A DNA stretch of 64,000 nt from an uncultured Methanosarcinales archaeon (GTDB lineage: Archaea > Halobacteriota > Methanosarcinia > Methanotrichales > Methanotrichaceae). Location of the stretch: positions 32,001 to 96,000 of the forward strand of contig CAWJKV010000010.1 of NCBI GenBank assembly GCA_963843555.1, in the 5' to 3' direction. The translations under genes and the position numbers were made by a program. The notes beneath the pieces were generated by a model that made no database searches, was not told where the DNA came from, and saw only the letters and a list, made by a program, of their open reading frames with translations. Of this stretch, positions 42,124-53,191 are shown one piece after another. How positions within the stretch are numbered: position 1 is the stretch's first letter; each line of letters opens with the position of its first letter.

Positions 42124-42405
42124 TCATCGGTAATCTGAGTCTCCAGATCTGAGAAATGCGTTAGTGACTGTTACTGTCTTGCCGTTTTCATCGATGAAAT
42201 ATTCCAGCCTGTGCCTTCCGACTCTCAGCCGGTACATAGGAGGTGACTTGAAGCCTCTCAGCTTTATGATATCGACCAGAGGCCGGGACCTGTAGGGATT
42301 CTTCTTCAATTCAGCAATACTTGACCAGATATTCCTTATTGCCCGCTCTTCCAAGGTATCAAGATATCTTTGAGCCTTCGATAGGATAATTACCGCATAG
42401 GTCAT
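42124..42405 (-). CDS. RelE/ParE-family toxin
   Basis: MTYAVIILSKAQRYLDTL...DIIKLRG...MYRLRVGRHRLEY. Confidence 0.85.
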   Translation of the reverse strand: MTYAVIILSKAQRYLDTLEERAIRNIWSSIAELKKNPYRSRPLVDIIKLRGFKSPPMYRLRVGRHRLEYFIDENGKTVTVTNAFLRSGDSDYR

Positions 42406-43031
42406 GTGGCCGCTTCCTGCAACAAACACCTGGATTCCTGCAACATCCTCACGGTTCTTGGACACCGCCCATTGCCAGGTCCCAAAGCCTCCATGCCTCA
42501 TAGATCGCCCTAACTTACTCAAGATAGTTGCGCTTGTTCCTATCTTGCAGGGAATCTCTTTGTTGCCGTCTATCCAACCGCCGGACCTCCCGCGCCCCCA
42601 CGCGCACGTGAGCCCAGTCAGCCGGCCGGCCCCCCGGGCACCTTCAAGTTCTTTGCTCTGGCCCTCCCTGCAACAGACTCCTGGATTTCTGAAAGCCTCA
42701 GCCCGGTTCATCCGTAAATCATTCCAACCGGCTATCCATGGCTGAAAAGTCGAGGTTTGTCCAGACGTTGGGGCTTCCGATCAGTCTGCAGCTTAACCGC
42801 CGTCGTCGCTCGGCCGCCCGCGGCCTGGAGCGGGGCCCCCACAGTAGCGCGGGAGGCCCGCAGGCCGACTCGCGGCACCCCGTAAGAATGCGCTGATGTA
42901 GTCCTTGCCTGCATCTACTCTGTCCAGTCTTCAGTTTAATGACATCAGCAGATTCTATTAAGAGCAAAAGATCTAACAACTACTTCCGGGGTTCCGCGCG
43001 GGTGACACGCGCTGGGGGGACGGGGTCCACA

Positions 43032-43085
43032 TCTGGTCATGTATTCGTGATTTCCGCCAGGATACGGGCCCTCAAAGCAAAGCTC
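43032..43085 (-). pseudogene. HicA toxin fragment
   Basis: ELCFEGPYPGGNHEYMTR resembles the HicA LGFxGPxxGGxHxxM core. No start codon or C-terminus. Confidence 0.5.
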
Positions 43086-43311
43086 ACGTATGGCCGTTAA
43101 TGGTAGGGATAGGGTCTCCCATTCTCAGCCTCAAGACGATCCAGCCTTCGATAACGGAGATGAGTTCATTGCGACAATCCTCGAGGGTCTTACCCGTGGC
43201 CCATACACCAGGAAGATCGGGAATATGAGCATAATAGGGCTCAAGCTCTTCGCCGTCCATTATCTCGTACTCCGCGTGTCCTAAGGCTGACGCAATGTAT
43301 TCAGCGAATAT
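43084..43311 (-). pseudogene. HicB-family antitoxin with ATA in place of a start codon
   Basis: (I)FAEYIASALGHAEYEI...YYAHIPDLPGVWATGKTLEDCRNELISVIEGWIVLRLRMGDPIP. Confidence 0.8.
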
Positions 43312-43356
43312 ATTTGATCATATTAGCCAGAGAGGAGTGCTATTGACGGATAGAAA

Positions 43357-43719
43357 TCATACTCGATGTGTCGCTATGGTTATGCGCATGGTTGAATTCC
43401 CGGCAATATTCACCGTTGCCAACCCCTGGTGAGATACAACATTTGGCCGCGCCCGCTCCCATTTCGCAGTCAGTGTGTGCTCACCCATTTGTGCGATGTC
43501 CCCGACCCAGGCATGCCGTCCCAATCCGGCATTATAGGTGGTCGTGCCAATTGGCAGCGATGAATTGTCAAGGTATATTCTGGCGTTATTGACAGTCATT
43601 TTGTGTTCATCTACGACATAAATTACGCATTTTGTAGCGGCTGCACCGTTGGCCAGCAGCAGCATGGCCAACATTAAAATCAGGGATGCATTTCGAAATC
43701 TCATACCCATTAAAGGCAA
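43357..43719 (-). CDS. Secreted beta-sandwich-like hypothetical protein
   Basis: Signal peptide and VNNARIYLD...IGTT. Confidence 0.6.
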   Translation of the reverse strand: MPLMGMRFRNASLILMLAMLLLANGAAATKCVIYVVDEHKMTVNNARIYLDNSSLPIGTTTYNAGLGRHAWVGDIAQMGEHTLTAKWERARPNVVSHQGLATVNIAGNSTMRITIATHRV

Positions 43720-43840
43720 TATTGGTACTTAAAGATTTTTGAATTTCATTCTTCCGTAACGAAGAAGGTTTGCCCGAGACAGATTCAGAATAAAACATAA
43801 TCTTTAATTGTTTAGAAGACAATAACAATCAGGGATTCAA

Positions 43841-44539
43841 ATGGCGACAAGGTACCCGGCACTATTGATACTGATTTTACTCCTGGCAGGAACTGCCACC
43901 CTCCTGGGCAGGGGAGAATTGGACATCTACACGACAGGCAGTGGACTAATGGGGCAGGTGGTTGATGTATCTGGAAGAGGCATATCTGGGGCCGGCATCT
44001 GGATAATTGGAAGCGAGGGCCAGGCCACTAACACCACCACCAATGCCACAGGCCACTATGGCATGAATGTGCCACCCGGAAACTACACCATAACGACGGC
44101 GCTTTCCGGATACAGCTTCACATCATCCGCGATGCAGGTTCGGACGGGCACGCTCGCCATCGCTCCGAGGATTACAGGCTATACTGCGGGCACAGTGGCC
44201 ACGGCGCCCATAATTCCCGCGGCCACTGCAGGCTTCGACCAGTATGGGCAGCCGTACACCACGGCCGGTGTGGGATGGGTCCAGGGCAGAGTAGTGGATC
44301 AGAGCGGTGCAGGCATACCTTCTGCAAGCATAACCGTAGATGGTTTCATGTCATCAGGCGCTACCGATGAGCAGGGAAATTACCGGCTTGCGCTTTCACC
44401 CGGATTGCACACAATTGATCCCATGAGTTCAGGCTACGGCATTCCTCCACGCGCGGTCTTCATCACATCCGGGGAGACGACCAATCTCGACATTACTGCA
44501 AAAAGGACTGTTGCTCTGGGAGAAGGACGCTTGCGATGA
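43841..44539 (+). CDS. Secreted protein with two carboxypeptidase-regulatory-like domains
   Basis: Two copies of GxVVDxSGxGIxxA...TxxxGxY...PG. Confidence 0.8.
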   Translation: MATRYPALLILILLLAGTATLLGRGELDIYTTGSGLMGQVVDVSGRGISGAGIWIIGSEGQATNTTTNATGHYGMNVPPGNYTITTALSGYSFTSSAMQVRTGTLAIAPRITGYTAGTVATAPIIPAATAGFDQYGQPYTTAGVGWVQGRVVDQSGAGIPSASITVDGFMSSGATDEQGNYRLALSPGLHTIDPMSSGYGIPPRAVFITSGETTNLDITAKRTVALGEGRLR

Positions 44540-44587
44540 AACTTTTGATTCATTGAGCGCGCGATGAATAAAAATGCAGATCAGGGA

Positions 44588-46090
44588 TCAGAGGAACCTG
44601 ATCCCTTTGGGCATCTCCCCGAAACGCTCCTGGAACTCCAGAGGCCAGTTCGCGGGGTCGAGGCCCTTCTGGCTCAAGAAGGCTGATGCCCAGCGCTCCA
44701 GGCCCACACCGCTGCAGCCCGACCAGAGGGCATCTCCTGATTGAGCTTTTACAGTGAAGCCTTTGGGATACTTCTCCCCATTGACGGACAGATTCTGGAA
44801 CTCGATCCAGTTGCCGTTGTAGGGCAGCACGGCTTCATAGTCCACTGTGCCCGCGCCCGTCATCTCTGAGAGGCCGGTCTTTCCTTCCTGCGCCATGAAC
44901 CAGGGCGTGACCCAGGCCGTCCTCCAGTGCAGCTCCAGGATGTCCTCGAAGATGTGCTTGTAGCAGCTCTTCAGCTTCTCAGCTTCCTCCAGGGCCTGGG
45001 CTTTGGTCCCCAGCCACACGATCTCGATTCTGTGGAACTCGTCCACCCGCTCGATGCCGTGAATTCCGCCGGACTCATAGCGATGGCTGGTGCCGGAGCG
45101 ATCGAAGACCTTAATGGGCATCTCACTCCCAGGCAGAGTCATTCCCTGCAAGAATCCCCAGAAGGTGGGGCACTGCGCGTAGCACATGCCTCCGATGGGC
45201 AGGTCGATCTTATCCTTGATCAGCTCCAGCGGCACCTCATGGGTGACCTTGTAGTGGTCCATGACCTCTTCCCAGTAAGCAGGATCGCGGGTCTTGGGCG
45301 GGCAGACGAAGTAGATCTCCGGGTAGACCCCCTGGGCGTGGCCGCTCTTCTTCCAGACATCCCAGGTATCGAGCTTGGGAAAGATCATCTCCTGATAACC
45401 GAGGGGCCGGATGATCTCCTCCAGAACGATCTGCTCAAAGGTCCTGAAGACATGGGTGGCTTCCGGGCCGTAGATCCACTGGCCCCGGCTGGAGCCGTGC
45501 TTGATCCAGCCCGCCTTTTGCATCTCCTCGGTGGGGTCGCGCGTGAACTTCAGCTCGCGCTCCGGGCTCTCCCAGAGCAGCTCCCAGTGCTCGGTCTTGC
45601 CGCCGTAGCCGCTCTGCAGCTTCTCTTCCAGAAGGCTGATTATCCTATCCGGTATGCGGTTTTCGATCTCAGACTGGCCCAGTGTGCCGCTCGGGCCCAC
45701 ATCCAGGGAGAGCAAAAGCTTGCCGCCTTCGAATTTTATCTCCCGAACATAGGGTATCTTGTGCTCGATGGCCCTCTCGGACTCGACCTCGATCTCGAAC
45801 TTGTTTACATCCAGGCCGCGCACGCCGATGCGGTACTGCTTTCCCAGGAGCTCAGACAGCGGCCGGCGCAGCCTGAGCAATGCATCATGGGCTCGCACAA
45901 ACCTGTCGCTATCAATGACCAGATCGATTCTATTGCCGGCCAGCTTCCACTCGGCTATCTTCGCGCCTTGCCCATCCGGCGCGCCTTTCTGCAGCATTGG
46001 CCCAGCTTCTCTAAAGAAATCGGAAATGGCAGCTTCTGCTGCGCTAGCATCAGCGCTCAGCCGAAAGCTTGCCTCTAAGTGGAATTTCAT
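44588..46090 (-). CDS. serS: Seryl-tRNA synthetase, methanogen type
   Basis: [41 protein letters not shown] and [12 protein letters not shown]. Confidence 0.95.
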   Translation of the reverse strand: MKFHLEASFRLSADASAAEAAISDFFREAGPMLQKGAPDGQGAKIAEWKLAGNRIDLVIDSDRFVRAHDALLRLRRPLSELLGKQYRIGVRGLDVNKFEIEVESERAIEHKIPYVREIKFEGGKLLLSLDVGPSGTLGQSEIENRIPDRIISLLEEKLQSGYGGKTEHWELLWESPERELKFTRDPTEEMQKAGWIKHGSSRGQWIYGPEATHVFRTFEQIVLEEIIRPLGYQEMIFPKLDTWDVWKKSGHAQGVYPEIYFVCPPKTRDPAYWEEVMDHYKVTHEVPLELIKDKIDLPIGGMCYAQCPTFWGFLQGMTLPGSEMPIKVFDRSGTSHRYESGGIHGIERVDEFHRIEIVWLGTKAQALEEAEKLKSCYKHIFEDILELHWRTAWVTPWFMAQEGKTGLSEMTGAGTVDYEAVLPYNGNWIEFQNLSVNGEKYPKGFTVKAQSGDALWSGCSGVGLERWASAFLSQKGLDPANWPLEFQERFGEMPKGIRFL

Positions 46091-46308
46091 CTCTCCTCCA
46101 TACAAGATTGTGCATCTTCCGCTATTTTAATGTTCATCAATAGATCGTCAACCGTGGAGAGCAGAGTACCTATCTTTTCCGTCGAAAATTGCAGGCAAAG
46201 GCTGTCGGCATCGATCTGAAGACTCATATTGGGCAGGTTGTCAGGCTCAATGGCTCTTGCCACCTGTCCCGCCTTCTCTCCCCAGAAGACCAGCCTGGCC
46301 CGGATCAT
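46087..46308 (-). CDS. pcc1: KEOPS subunit Pcc1
   Basis: AIEPDN...[16 protein letters not shown], in the conserved rps15-DHH-pcc1 context. Confidence 0.85.
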   Translation of the reverse strand: MIRARLVFWGEKAGQVARAIEPDNLPNMSLQIDADSLCLQFSTEKIGTLLSTVDDLLMNIKIAEDAQSCMEER

Positions 46309-47659
46309 GTTGCATCACTGTTGGTGGGTGGACAAGGGGCGGGTGCGCCGGGGGCAGGAGCCTCGACTTTTGCAGTTCCATGCAGCTGCTCTCCCACAAT
46401 CTCGTCCAGCAGCGCCAAAAACCTCTCCTCTGCGCCGGGCGGGATAGAGGCACCGCTGGCGATGGTATGGCCGCCCCCCGCTCCTCCTACAGCCTCAGCC
46501 GCCTTTCGCATGGCAACGGAAAGATCCAATCCTTTGGATATGAGCGGCTTGGTTCCGCGCGCCGATATCTTAACCATATCATCTTTGTGATTCAAGGTGA
46601 TGAGAGGCATCTCGCTGTATAGATATCGAATTCCCAGGCCCGATACAATCGCACCCGCTTCCATATTCTCCATCATCAAATAGCGAATGTTCTTCATCAC
46701 CTTATTTTGCTCTCGAAGAATAGTAAGCTCCCGCATGATATGGCCTTTGTATTCCTGGGCCAGCTTCCGGGCTTCACCAAAGGCACTCCGGTCCCGCAGG
46801 CAAAGGGTCAGGCCGAGGCCCGGAACATCTCTATTGCCGCAGGCGTTAAGAAGCTGCACCATCTGCAGTGAGTTCTCCACCACCTCGTGCCGCAGCCGGA
46901 TCACTTCACCCAAAACAGAATCGGCGGCAAAGCTTCCCTGCATAAGCAATTTCAGTGTAAGAGCCGTGCAAATTCTGGCCAGTTCATCCCTTCCCAGGCC
47001 CTCTACATTGCCCTTTATCTTCAAGGTCATCCAAAAATTGGCGGGTCTTTTCCGGATCGCCGGTAAAGTCCAGGAGCGGCTCTATACTGTTTTGAAAAAC
47101 CTCTTCCACAGGACCGTCTTCGGACATCTTCAGGCCTGCGTTCACCTCTACCGCGCCGCTGGCGACGGCCTCATCACAGAATAGTCCTGTTCGCGCCAAT
47201 CATGCCCTGGCGGTCTCCCATGGCACCTACCAGGGCAAGGCCGGCCAGATCGGCATTGTCGCCCATGTGGCGCACCACGGAATACACTGTCCCCGCCGCG
47301 GATAGTTCAAAGGCCCCATCTATGCCATAGAGATGGGGATTGAGATGCATGCAGCTCAATGTGCCCACGGGACGGTGGTGATCCAGGACGAAGCAATCAT
47401 CTTTGACGCGTGAGATCAGCTCCGGCTTGCCGCTGCCCATGTCGCAGAATACTACGGGCCCTGTCAGGCCATTGATCGCGGATTCATCCAGCCGGTTCAG
47501 TAGTGAGGCCTGAAAAGGTATCCCTGCGCGCAGGAGCGCATTGCAGATCAGCCCTGCGGATGTGATCCCGTCCGCGTCGTTATGCGAGATCACACGCATG
47601 CTGTCGCAATGCAGTATCGACTTGGCAATAGCTTCTGCAGCCTTGTCGAGCCGCTTCAT
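46305..47659 (-). CDS. DHH/RecJ-family phosphoesterase, frameshifts near 47180 and 47040
   Basis: SHNDADG, CDMGSG, DHH and GGGHTIASGA (DHHA1). Confidence 0.88.
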
Positions 47660-48111
47660 GAGATGAGAATCTCAGCCGTCTCGGGCGAGTAGGTCCAATC
47701 CGGTGCCAGCCGCCCGGAGTCATGATAGTATTTAACCATTCTTCTGATCTTGTTTTCGGTTAGCTGCAGAGCTCTCTTGTTGTGAACATCCTTCTTATTG
47801 GCTTTGATGTGTTTGCGCACGTGAAGAGCTTTTCTCATCAGATTGGTCAGGTCCTCCGGAATATCCGATAGGGCCTTGTTCTCCATCAGGAAGCCGTTCA
47901 TGCTCTTTCCCAGGACCAGCTTGGTGCTGGGCACTCCATACTGGTCTCGCAATGTCAGACCAATGCGGCTTGAGGGCAGCCCGCTGTCGTGCAGTTTCAT
48001 GATTGTCTTTTCCAGCTCCTCTTTGGATATGTCGGACCACGCGGGTGCTTTGGCAACCGTGGGTGGTCGGGATCGGGAGGAACCCTTTTTTCTGCTGTGC
48101 ATTTTTGCCAT
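47656..48111 (-). CDS. rps15: 30S ribosomal protein S15 (uS15)
   Basis: MAKMHSRKKGSSRS, IGLTLRDQYG, PEDLTNL and ENKIRRMVKYY. Confidence 0.97.
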   Translation of the reverse strand: MAKMHSRKKGSSRSRPPTVAKAPAWSDISKEELEKTIMKLHDSGLPSSRIGLTLRDQYGVPSTKLVLGKSMNGFLMENKALSDIPEDLTNLMRKALHVRKHIKANKKDVHNKRALQLTENKIRRMVKYYHDSGRLAPDWTYSPETAEILIS

Positions 48112-48235
48112 CTTTCAATCCTCATTAAATTTCATAAAGGCGAAGGTATAATGCTCAATGCCAGGTGGGATAAAAAACTTGCGCCGTTTTTCGTCGGTAA
48201 CAGATTTATAAGCCAGGGGATTTGATGATCCAGAC

Positions 48236-48948
48236 ATGTTCCCTGAGTACCTGAACCAGCTATTCTATCTCGTGGGCGAAATCGTGGTCATTACGGCCGT
48301 CATCGTTCTGATTCTCTCGGTTCTGGTGGCTCTGCTCATCCTTTACTCCTTTAAGACGGGCAACTTCTTCGCGGCCGGTATATGCTTTTAGGCATCATTC
48401 TTCTGGAGAGCGTGATAAAAGCTCTCTTCTGGGCGGCCAGGGCGGACGATTCTATGGTGGACGATGTCGGTGTGCGCCTGAGAAATTACATCAACGAGAA
48501 GGAGTTTTCGAAGACTCCTCGTGAGAAGCGTTTCATCTTCATGCCCCAGTGTGTTCGCAGCATAGAGTGCCCGGCCAAGCTCACGCCAGAGGGCATAAAA
48601 TGCGTGAATTGCGGACGCTGCAGTGTTGGTGAGGCCAAGAAATATGCCGAGGGCATGGGCTACAGATTCTTCATCGTTCCCGGCTCCAGCTTCATCAAGA
48701 GGATCATCAAAAAATACCGGCCCGGGGCCATTGTGGGCGTGGGCTGCCATATGGAGATAAAAGAGGGACTGGACCTATGCCAAAGCCATGGCATACCGGC
48801 TCAAGGGAGTGCCACTCTCCAATGCAGGATGTGTAGCGACGACGCTGGATTGGGAGCAATTCTATGAGGCCATAACGGAAAAAGGATCAGCAAAAAGACG
48901 CTGCCGAAAGCCGACGAAGAGAAAAAGAAAGCTGAAAAAGAAATCTAA
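48236..48948 (+). CDS. DUF116-family protein, frameshifted
   Basis: N-terminal TM helices, PQCVRSIECPA, CVNCGRC, VPGSSF and GVGC. Confidence 0.8.
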
Positions 48949-48968
48949 AAAATGTGCTGAAAGTGCAT

Positions 48969-49145
48969 TCACTCCATGCTGATGGCTTCAGATGGGCAAG
49001 CCTCAACACATGTCTTGCACTCAGTGCACTTTTCCTTATTTACAACTGCGATTTCCTCGTCGTCCAAGCTGATGGCTTCTTCCGGGCACTCCTCAACGCA
49101 AGTTCCACAGCTTACGCATTCTTCTCTGTTAACAACTGCAGGCAT
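48969..49145 (-). CDS. 2[4Fe-4S] ferredoxin (58 aa), absent from the ORF track
   Basis: [58 protein letters not shown], with GGAGG RBS. Confidence 0.92.
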   Translation of the reverse strand: MPAVVNREECVSCGTCVEECPEEAISLDDEEIAVVNKEKCTECKTCVEACPSEAISME

Positions 49146-49216
49146 TTATTGAATCCTCCAATTTGCTCACTGGCAAATCCACCTGTAAGTATATCCGATA
49201 TATACCTTTCGTTAGC

Positions 49217-51493
49217 TTATGCCAGTTCGTTGTATCTTTTTCGGTCTTTTAGCTCCTGGCGTTTGGCGCTGTTCCATCCGCTCACAGCCTGCAGATAACC
49301 GGTAATTCGGCTGATGTGGTCTACATCTTCCGATCCGCAGTTGGGACAGTTATCCTCCAGTCCTCCTGAGACCTGGGAGCAGCCGAGGCATACAGTCATA
49401 TCCTTGGTGAAAGTGAAGTAGCCTATTTGAGTCTCTCTGGCCAAACGCATGCCGAAGTCCATCAAGCCTTTGGGGTCGGGAGTGGCCTCTCCCATGAAGA
49501 CATGGAAGATATTGCCGCCATCGACGATGGGGAAGAAGACATGCTCAAGCTTTGCCCTCTCGAAGATGGTTACATCTGCACTGGGCGGCATATGGGTGCC
49601 ATTGGTGTAGTAGACAGGAAGATCGCGTGTCTTATGCACGTTCTTCTTCACGGCATCCAGATCGCCTTTCACAACCCTCTCGGCGCAGTCCCTGAACTCC
49701 TCATGGATCAGGTCTGATACCGCGAAACGCTGGGCTGTGGTCTCTGCGGGCGTTCGCGCCAGAGCGATGGTCATGCCGTGCTGCTGGGAGAGCTTTTTGG
49801 CATAGATCTCCATCTCCGTCATAGCGCGTACGGCGAGCTTCCAGGACTCCCGGGATTCGTGCATCTGCTTTCCAGTATGGAACTGGGCCATCTCATTGAC
49901 ACCCACTACGCCTATGGTATAGACCAGGCCCTCCAGGCCGACGGCGATGGAGCCTTTCTCGCCCGTGCTGGGATCTCGGGGCTGTTGCGTGGCAAAGGGC
50001 ATGCGGTGGTTCTTGATGATCTGGTTCATCCATTCGCGTTTAACCTTGAAGATCTCAACGGAAGTGTCCATCAGCTCTCGCAGGTACTCGAAGAGCAGCT
50101 CGTCGTCGCCGCGGGCGAGATAGGCAGCACGAGGACAGTTGAGGGATACTACCTGCCAGGAGCCCATGGAGAAGTGCTTGCCATCTTTGAAGTACAGCTT
50201 ATCCTCGAACTGGTCATCGCTGTCCGAAGTGGCTGCAAATTGGTACGCGCAGCACTGGTAGCAGGATATTCCTTCCCCTGCACCGCGATAGGCAGGAAGC
50301 TGGTTATCGAAGTAGGGGGTGCCGTATTCGGCTGCCAGCTTGAAAGTCTGGAGGTAGAGGTCCTGATAGGTGGGAATATCCGGGTGGGCGGCATTAAAGG
50401 ACTCGTCCTCTTTCATGAAATCAGGCTCGATGCTGATCTCGGGCTTGGGGAAGTTGAAGGGCTTGCCCCAGTAGTCGCCGGCCAGCATGACCTCCATGAG
50501 GGCCTTAAACGCCAGGCGCACCTCGCGCTCGAACTGGCCGTAGGTCTTCAGCGGTGCTTCAGGAGAAGAGCCGTTCCAGACCTTTCCTGCGTAGACGGCA
50601 GGCTTGTCCCTCCAGAGTTTGGGGACTCCCGGGGTGAGCTGGACCGAAGAGAAGACCAGCTGGCCGCCGCGAGCGACCATCATCTGTGTCATCTCGTAGA
50701 CGAACATCTGCATGAGCTGCACGATCTCGGCGTAGGTGCGGTTTTCGAAATAGGGCGCAATGAAGGTGAGGAAATTGTAGAAGCCCTGGCCTCCGGCAAA
50801 GTTGGTCTGAGCGCTGCCCAGGGCCTTGACGGCATGCAGGATGGCAACCTCCGGTTTCTTGGCAGGCCCGGCCACGCTGGCTTTGGTTCCGAGACCGTCG
50901 GGCATCAGGCCGTAGTAGAGGAAGTAGCGCAGATCCCAATCCTGACAGAATGGTCTGGTTCCAAAGTACTCAAGATCGTGAATATGCAGGTCTCCGGCGA
51001 GGTGGCGGTCGGCCAGATAGGGCGGCAGCAGCAGGAGGTACTGCTCTTTGCTGATCTTGTCCGCCTTCTTCTTGTGGCTGGTTTCGGCGTTCTCCTGGAG
51101 GTTGGCATTCTCCTTGGACTCGAAACCGGTTCCAATGTCGATGAGGTGAGCATCAAAGACAGGCGTCCCGACGCGGGTGCAGATGTTTCGCCACTCCGTG
51201 TGGTGCCTCTCCAGAAGGATCACGTTCATGATCTCCCGGACCAAGGGGCCGCTCAGGTAACGGACATTCATCCACCTCACCCGGCGTTCCACCTCTTTGG
51301 CGATGTCCTTGGCCTCTTCTTCGGTTATACCCGGTTCTTTATAGAATTGTTCTGATAGTTTAGTCTCCTTCAGGAGCTGCTTGGCTATGGCCTCTCTGTC
51401 CCAGTCCAGCAGATGGCCGTCTGTGGTTCTAACCCTGGGCATGGCAGAGACGGCTAAACCTTCCAGGGTCTGCTGCACGATTCTGCTGCTCAA
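49217..51493 (-). CDS. nrdD: Anaerobic (class III) ribonucleoside-triphosphate reductase
   Basis: ATP cone, GDLHIHDL, YQCC, TPAETTAQRFA, YYTNGTH, CxxC...CPNCGS and the glycyl-radical loop SRITGY. Confidence 0.95.
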   Translation of the reverse strand: MSSRIVQQTLEGLAVSAMPRVRTTDGHLLDWDREAIAKQLLKETKLSEQFYKEPGITEEEAKDIAKEVERRVRWMNVRYLSGPLVREIMNVILLERHHTEWRNICTRVGTPVFDAHLIDIGTGFESKENANLQENAETSHKKKADKISKEQYLLLLPPYLADRHLAGDLHIHDLEYFGTRPFCQDWDLRYFLYYGLMPDGLGTKASVAGPAKKPEVAILHAVKALGSAQTNFAGGQGFYNFLTFIAPYFENRTYAEIVQLMQMFVYEMTQMMVARGGQLVFSSVQLTPGVPKLWRDKPAVYAGKVWNGSSPEAPLKTYGQFEREVRLAFKALMEVMLAGDYWGKPFNFPKPEISIEPDFMKEDESFNAAHPDIPTYQDLYLQTFKLAAEYGTPYFDNQLPAYRGAGEGISCYQCCAYQFAATSDSDDQFEDKLYFKDGKHFSMGSWQVVSLNCPRAAYLARGDDELLFEYLRELMDTSVEIFKVKREWMNQIIKNHRMPFATQQPRDPSTGEKGSIAVGLEGLVYTIGVVGVNEMAQFHTGKQMHESRESWKLAVRAMTEMEIYAKKLSQQHGMTIALARTPAETTAQRFAVSDLIHEEFRDCAERVVKGDLDAVKKNVHKTRDLPVYYTNGTHMPPSADVTIFERAKLEHVFFPIVDGGNIFHVFMGEATPDPKGLMDFGMRLARETQIGYFTFTKDMTVCLGCSQVSGGLEDNCPNCGSEDVDHISRITGYLQAVSGWNSAKRQELKDRKRYNELA

Positions 51494-51983
51494 CTCCCAT
51501 CCCCTCTACGATAAAGCGACATGATACAACCTCTCGATAATCAACCTAATAGACTAATATCTCGCCTTGAGTTTATTCGCTTTGCGCTCCAAACACCCTC
51601 AAAATTTTTTAGCAAATATGTATTATCACTAAGTTATAAAGTCAACGCCTGATCTATCTTGGACAGAGTTATTCTGGCAGAGTTTATTAACCATATTCCG
51701 TGCGTGTGGCGAAAGTAATTTTAGTAATCGCGAAAACAAAGACAGATGGGGGCGATCTTCTCTGTCCTTTCTCTGACCTTTTTCAAATCTTGCGCCAGGC
51801 TTTCCACAGATCATTCATATCAAATTCTGCCAAATAGATGATCAAACTCATTTGAGCTTGCTTGATATCTTAATTTATTAAACGGACGTAATTCTGGCGG
51901 CTTCAGATTAAAATTTTATCTTTTGTACCATCATCATATGTCCTTATTATATTTCAGGAGGCTTAAAAAATTAGACTTTAGCA

Positions 51984-52601
51984 TCACTGCTTCAGCGCCG
52001 CCTCCAGCCTCTTGTTCACCTCTTCCCAGTTCACTATGCTCCAGAAAGCCTCTGTGAACTTAGCCCGCTCATTCTTGTAGTCCAGATAGTAAGCATGCTC
52101 CCAGACATCCAGGACCATGAGGATTTTGTAGGTTGGAATTACGTTCACATTATGCTTCTCGATCTGCATGAGAAGGGGCCTCTGGGTGTGGCTGCACCAG
52201 GCAAGAGCTGCCCAGCCTGATCCTTCTGTGCTATTCGCCGCCGCGGTGAAATCCTTTTTAAAGCGTTCAATAGAGCCGAACTCCTTCTTTAGAGCGTCTG
52301 CCAGAGCGCCTTCGGGCTCCTTGAGTGTCTTATTCGCAGGAGCGAGATTCATCCAAAAGAGGCTGTGCAGCTTATGTCCGCCCACCTGGAAAGAGAGTTC
52401 CTTTAGCGTCGCTTTCATATCCACATCCGTTCCCGCCTGGCGGGCCTTATCCAGTTTCTCCAGGATGGCGTTAGCACCGTTTACGTAGGCTGCATGGTGT
52501 TTATCGTGGTGCAAACGTAGCTGACCCTCGGAGATCTGAGGTGCGAGAGCATTGTAGGCATAGGGCAGTTCCGGCAGGGAATAAAATTTCGTATCGGCCA
52601 T
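51984..52601 (-). CDS. sod: Fe/Mn superoxide dismutase
   Basis: [20 protein letters not shown] and DVWEHAYY. Confidence 0.95.
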   Translation of the reverse strand: MADTKFYSLPELPYAYNALAPQISEGQLRLHHDKHHAAYVNGANAILEKLDKARQAGTDVDMKATLKELSFQVGGHKLHSLFWMNLAPANKTLKEPEGALADALKKEFGSIERFKKDFTAAANSTEGSGWAALAWCSHTQRPLLMQIEKHNVNVIPTYKILMVLDVWEHAYYLDYKNERAKFTEAFWSIVNWEEVNKRLEAALKQ

Positions 52602-52796
52602 AGTTTCATCACCTTTAGAATAACCTATTTATTTGGGACTGCTGACTATTTATCCTTTTTCGCGAATGGTCAAACCGCTCCGCGCAGATAATAGTCCAGA
52701 GCATTTTGCGATTCTTTTCACTGTACTGATAATAAGTACTTACAAAAAATTCGTAAATCAATTCACCATACGATTCAAGGACTCTCTTGCATCGCC

Positions 52797-53100
52797 TCAT
52801 CGAATTCGTTCCAGAGCGAAGAAGTGCGAAGCGAGGATAGTTCTCCACATGCCCCAGCACGATGATAAAGGACGATTCCAGCTTTTGAGGATCTCTATAT
52901 CCCGCTTGACCCAGGTGCGTGCCAATACCCTGGCGCTGCCATGCGGCAGCACGGCCACGGGCGCCAGGCCCATGCCTTCTATGGTCTTCGCGCTGCCTTC
53001 GATTTTGCAGGGGAGAAGAGGATGTGGCCACAACCTCATCACTGGCAAGGGCGACCAATGATAGCAGGCAGGGGCAGCTCTTACGCAGTTTGTCGACTAT
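52797..53100 (-). pseudogene. Degenerate fragment, possibly peptidase S51-like
   Basis: Only an EGMGLAPVAVLPH motif, with no intact ORF. Confidence 0.25.
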
Positions 53101-53191
53101 GCCGGCCTAAGCCGGCTGGCCGAAGGTCTGCACGTTCATTATTCGGATCGCTTCGATATCCTCCGTCCGCTCTTCTCGAACAAGATCAGCG

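Noticed and set aside
42406..42711. N-terminal extension of RelE (195-aa ORF)
   Set aside because: Non-protein-like sequence running through repeats. The RelE fold starts at 42405.
48954..49298. 114-aa plus-strand ORF
   Set aside because: It is the antisense shadow of the ferredoxin.
49778..51355. 525-aa plus-strand ORF and similar long antisense ORFs (44927-46078, 39160-39990, 17835-18665)
   Set aside because: These are shadows of well-supported genes on the opposite strand.
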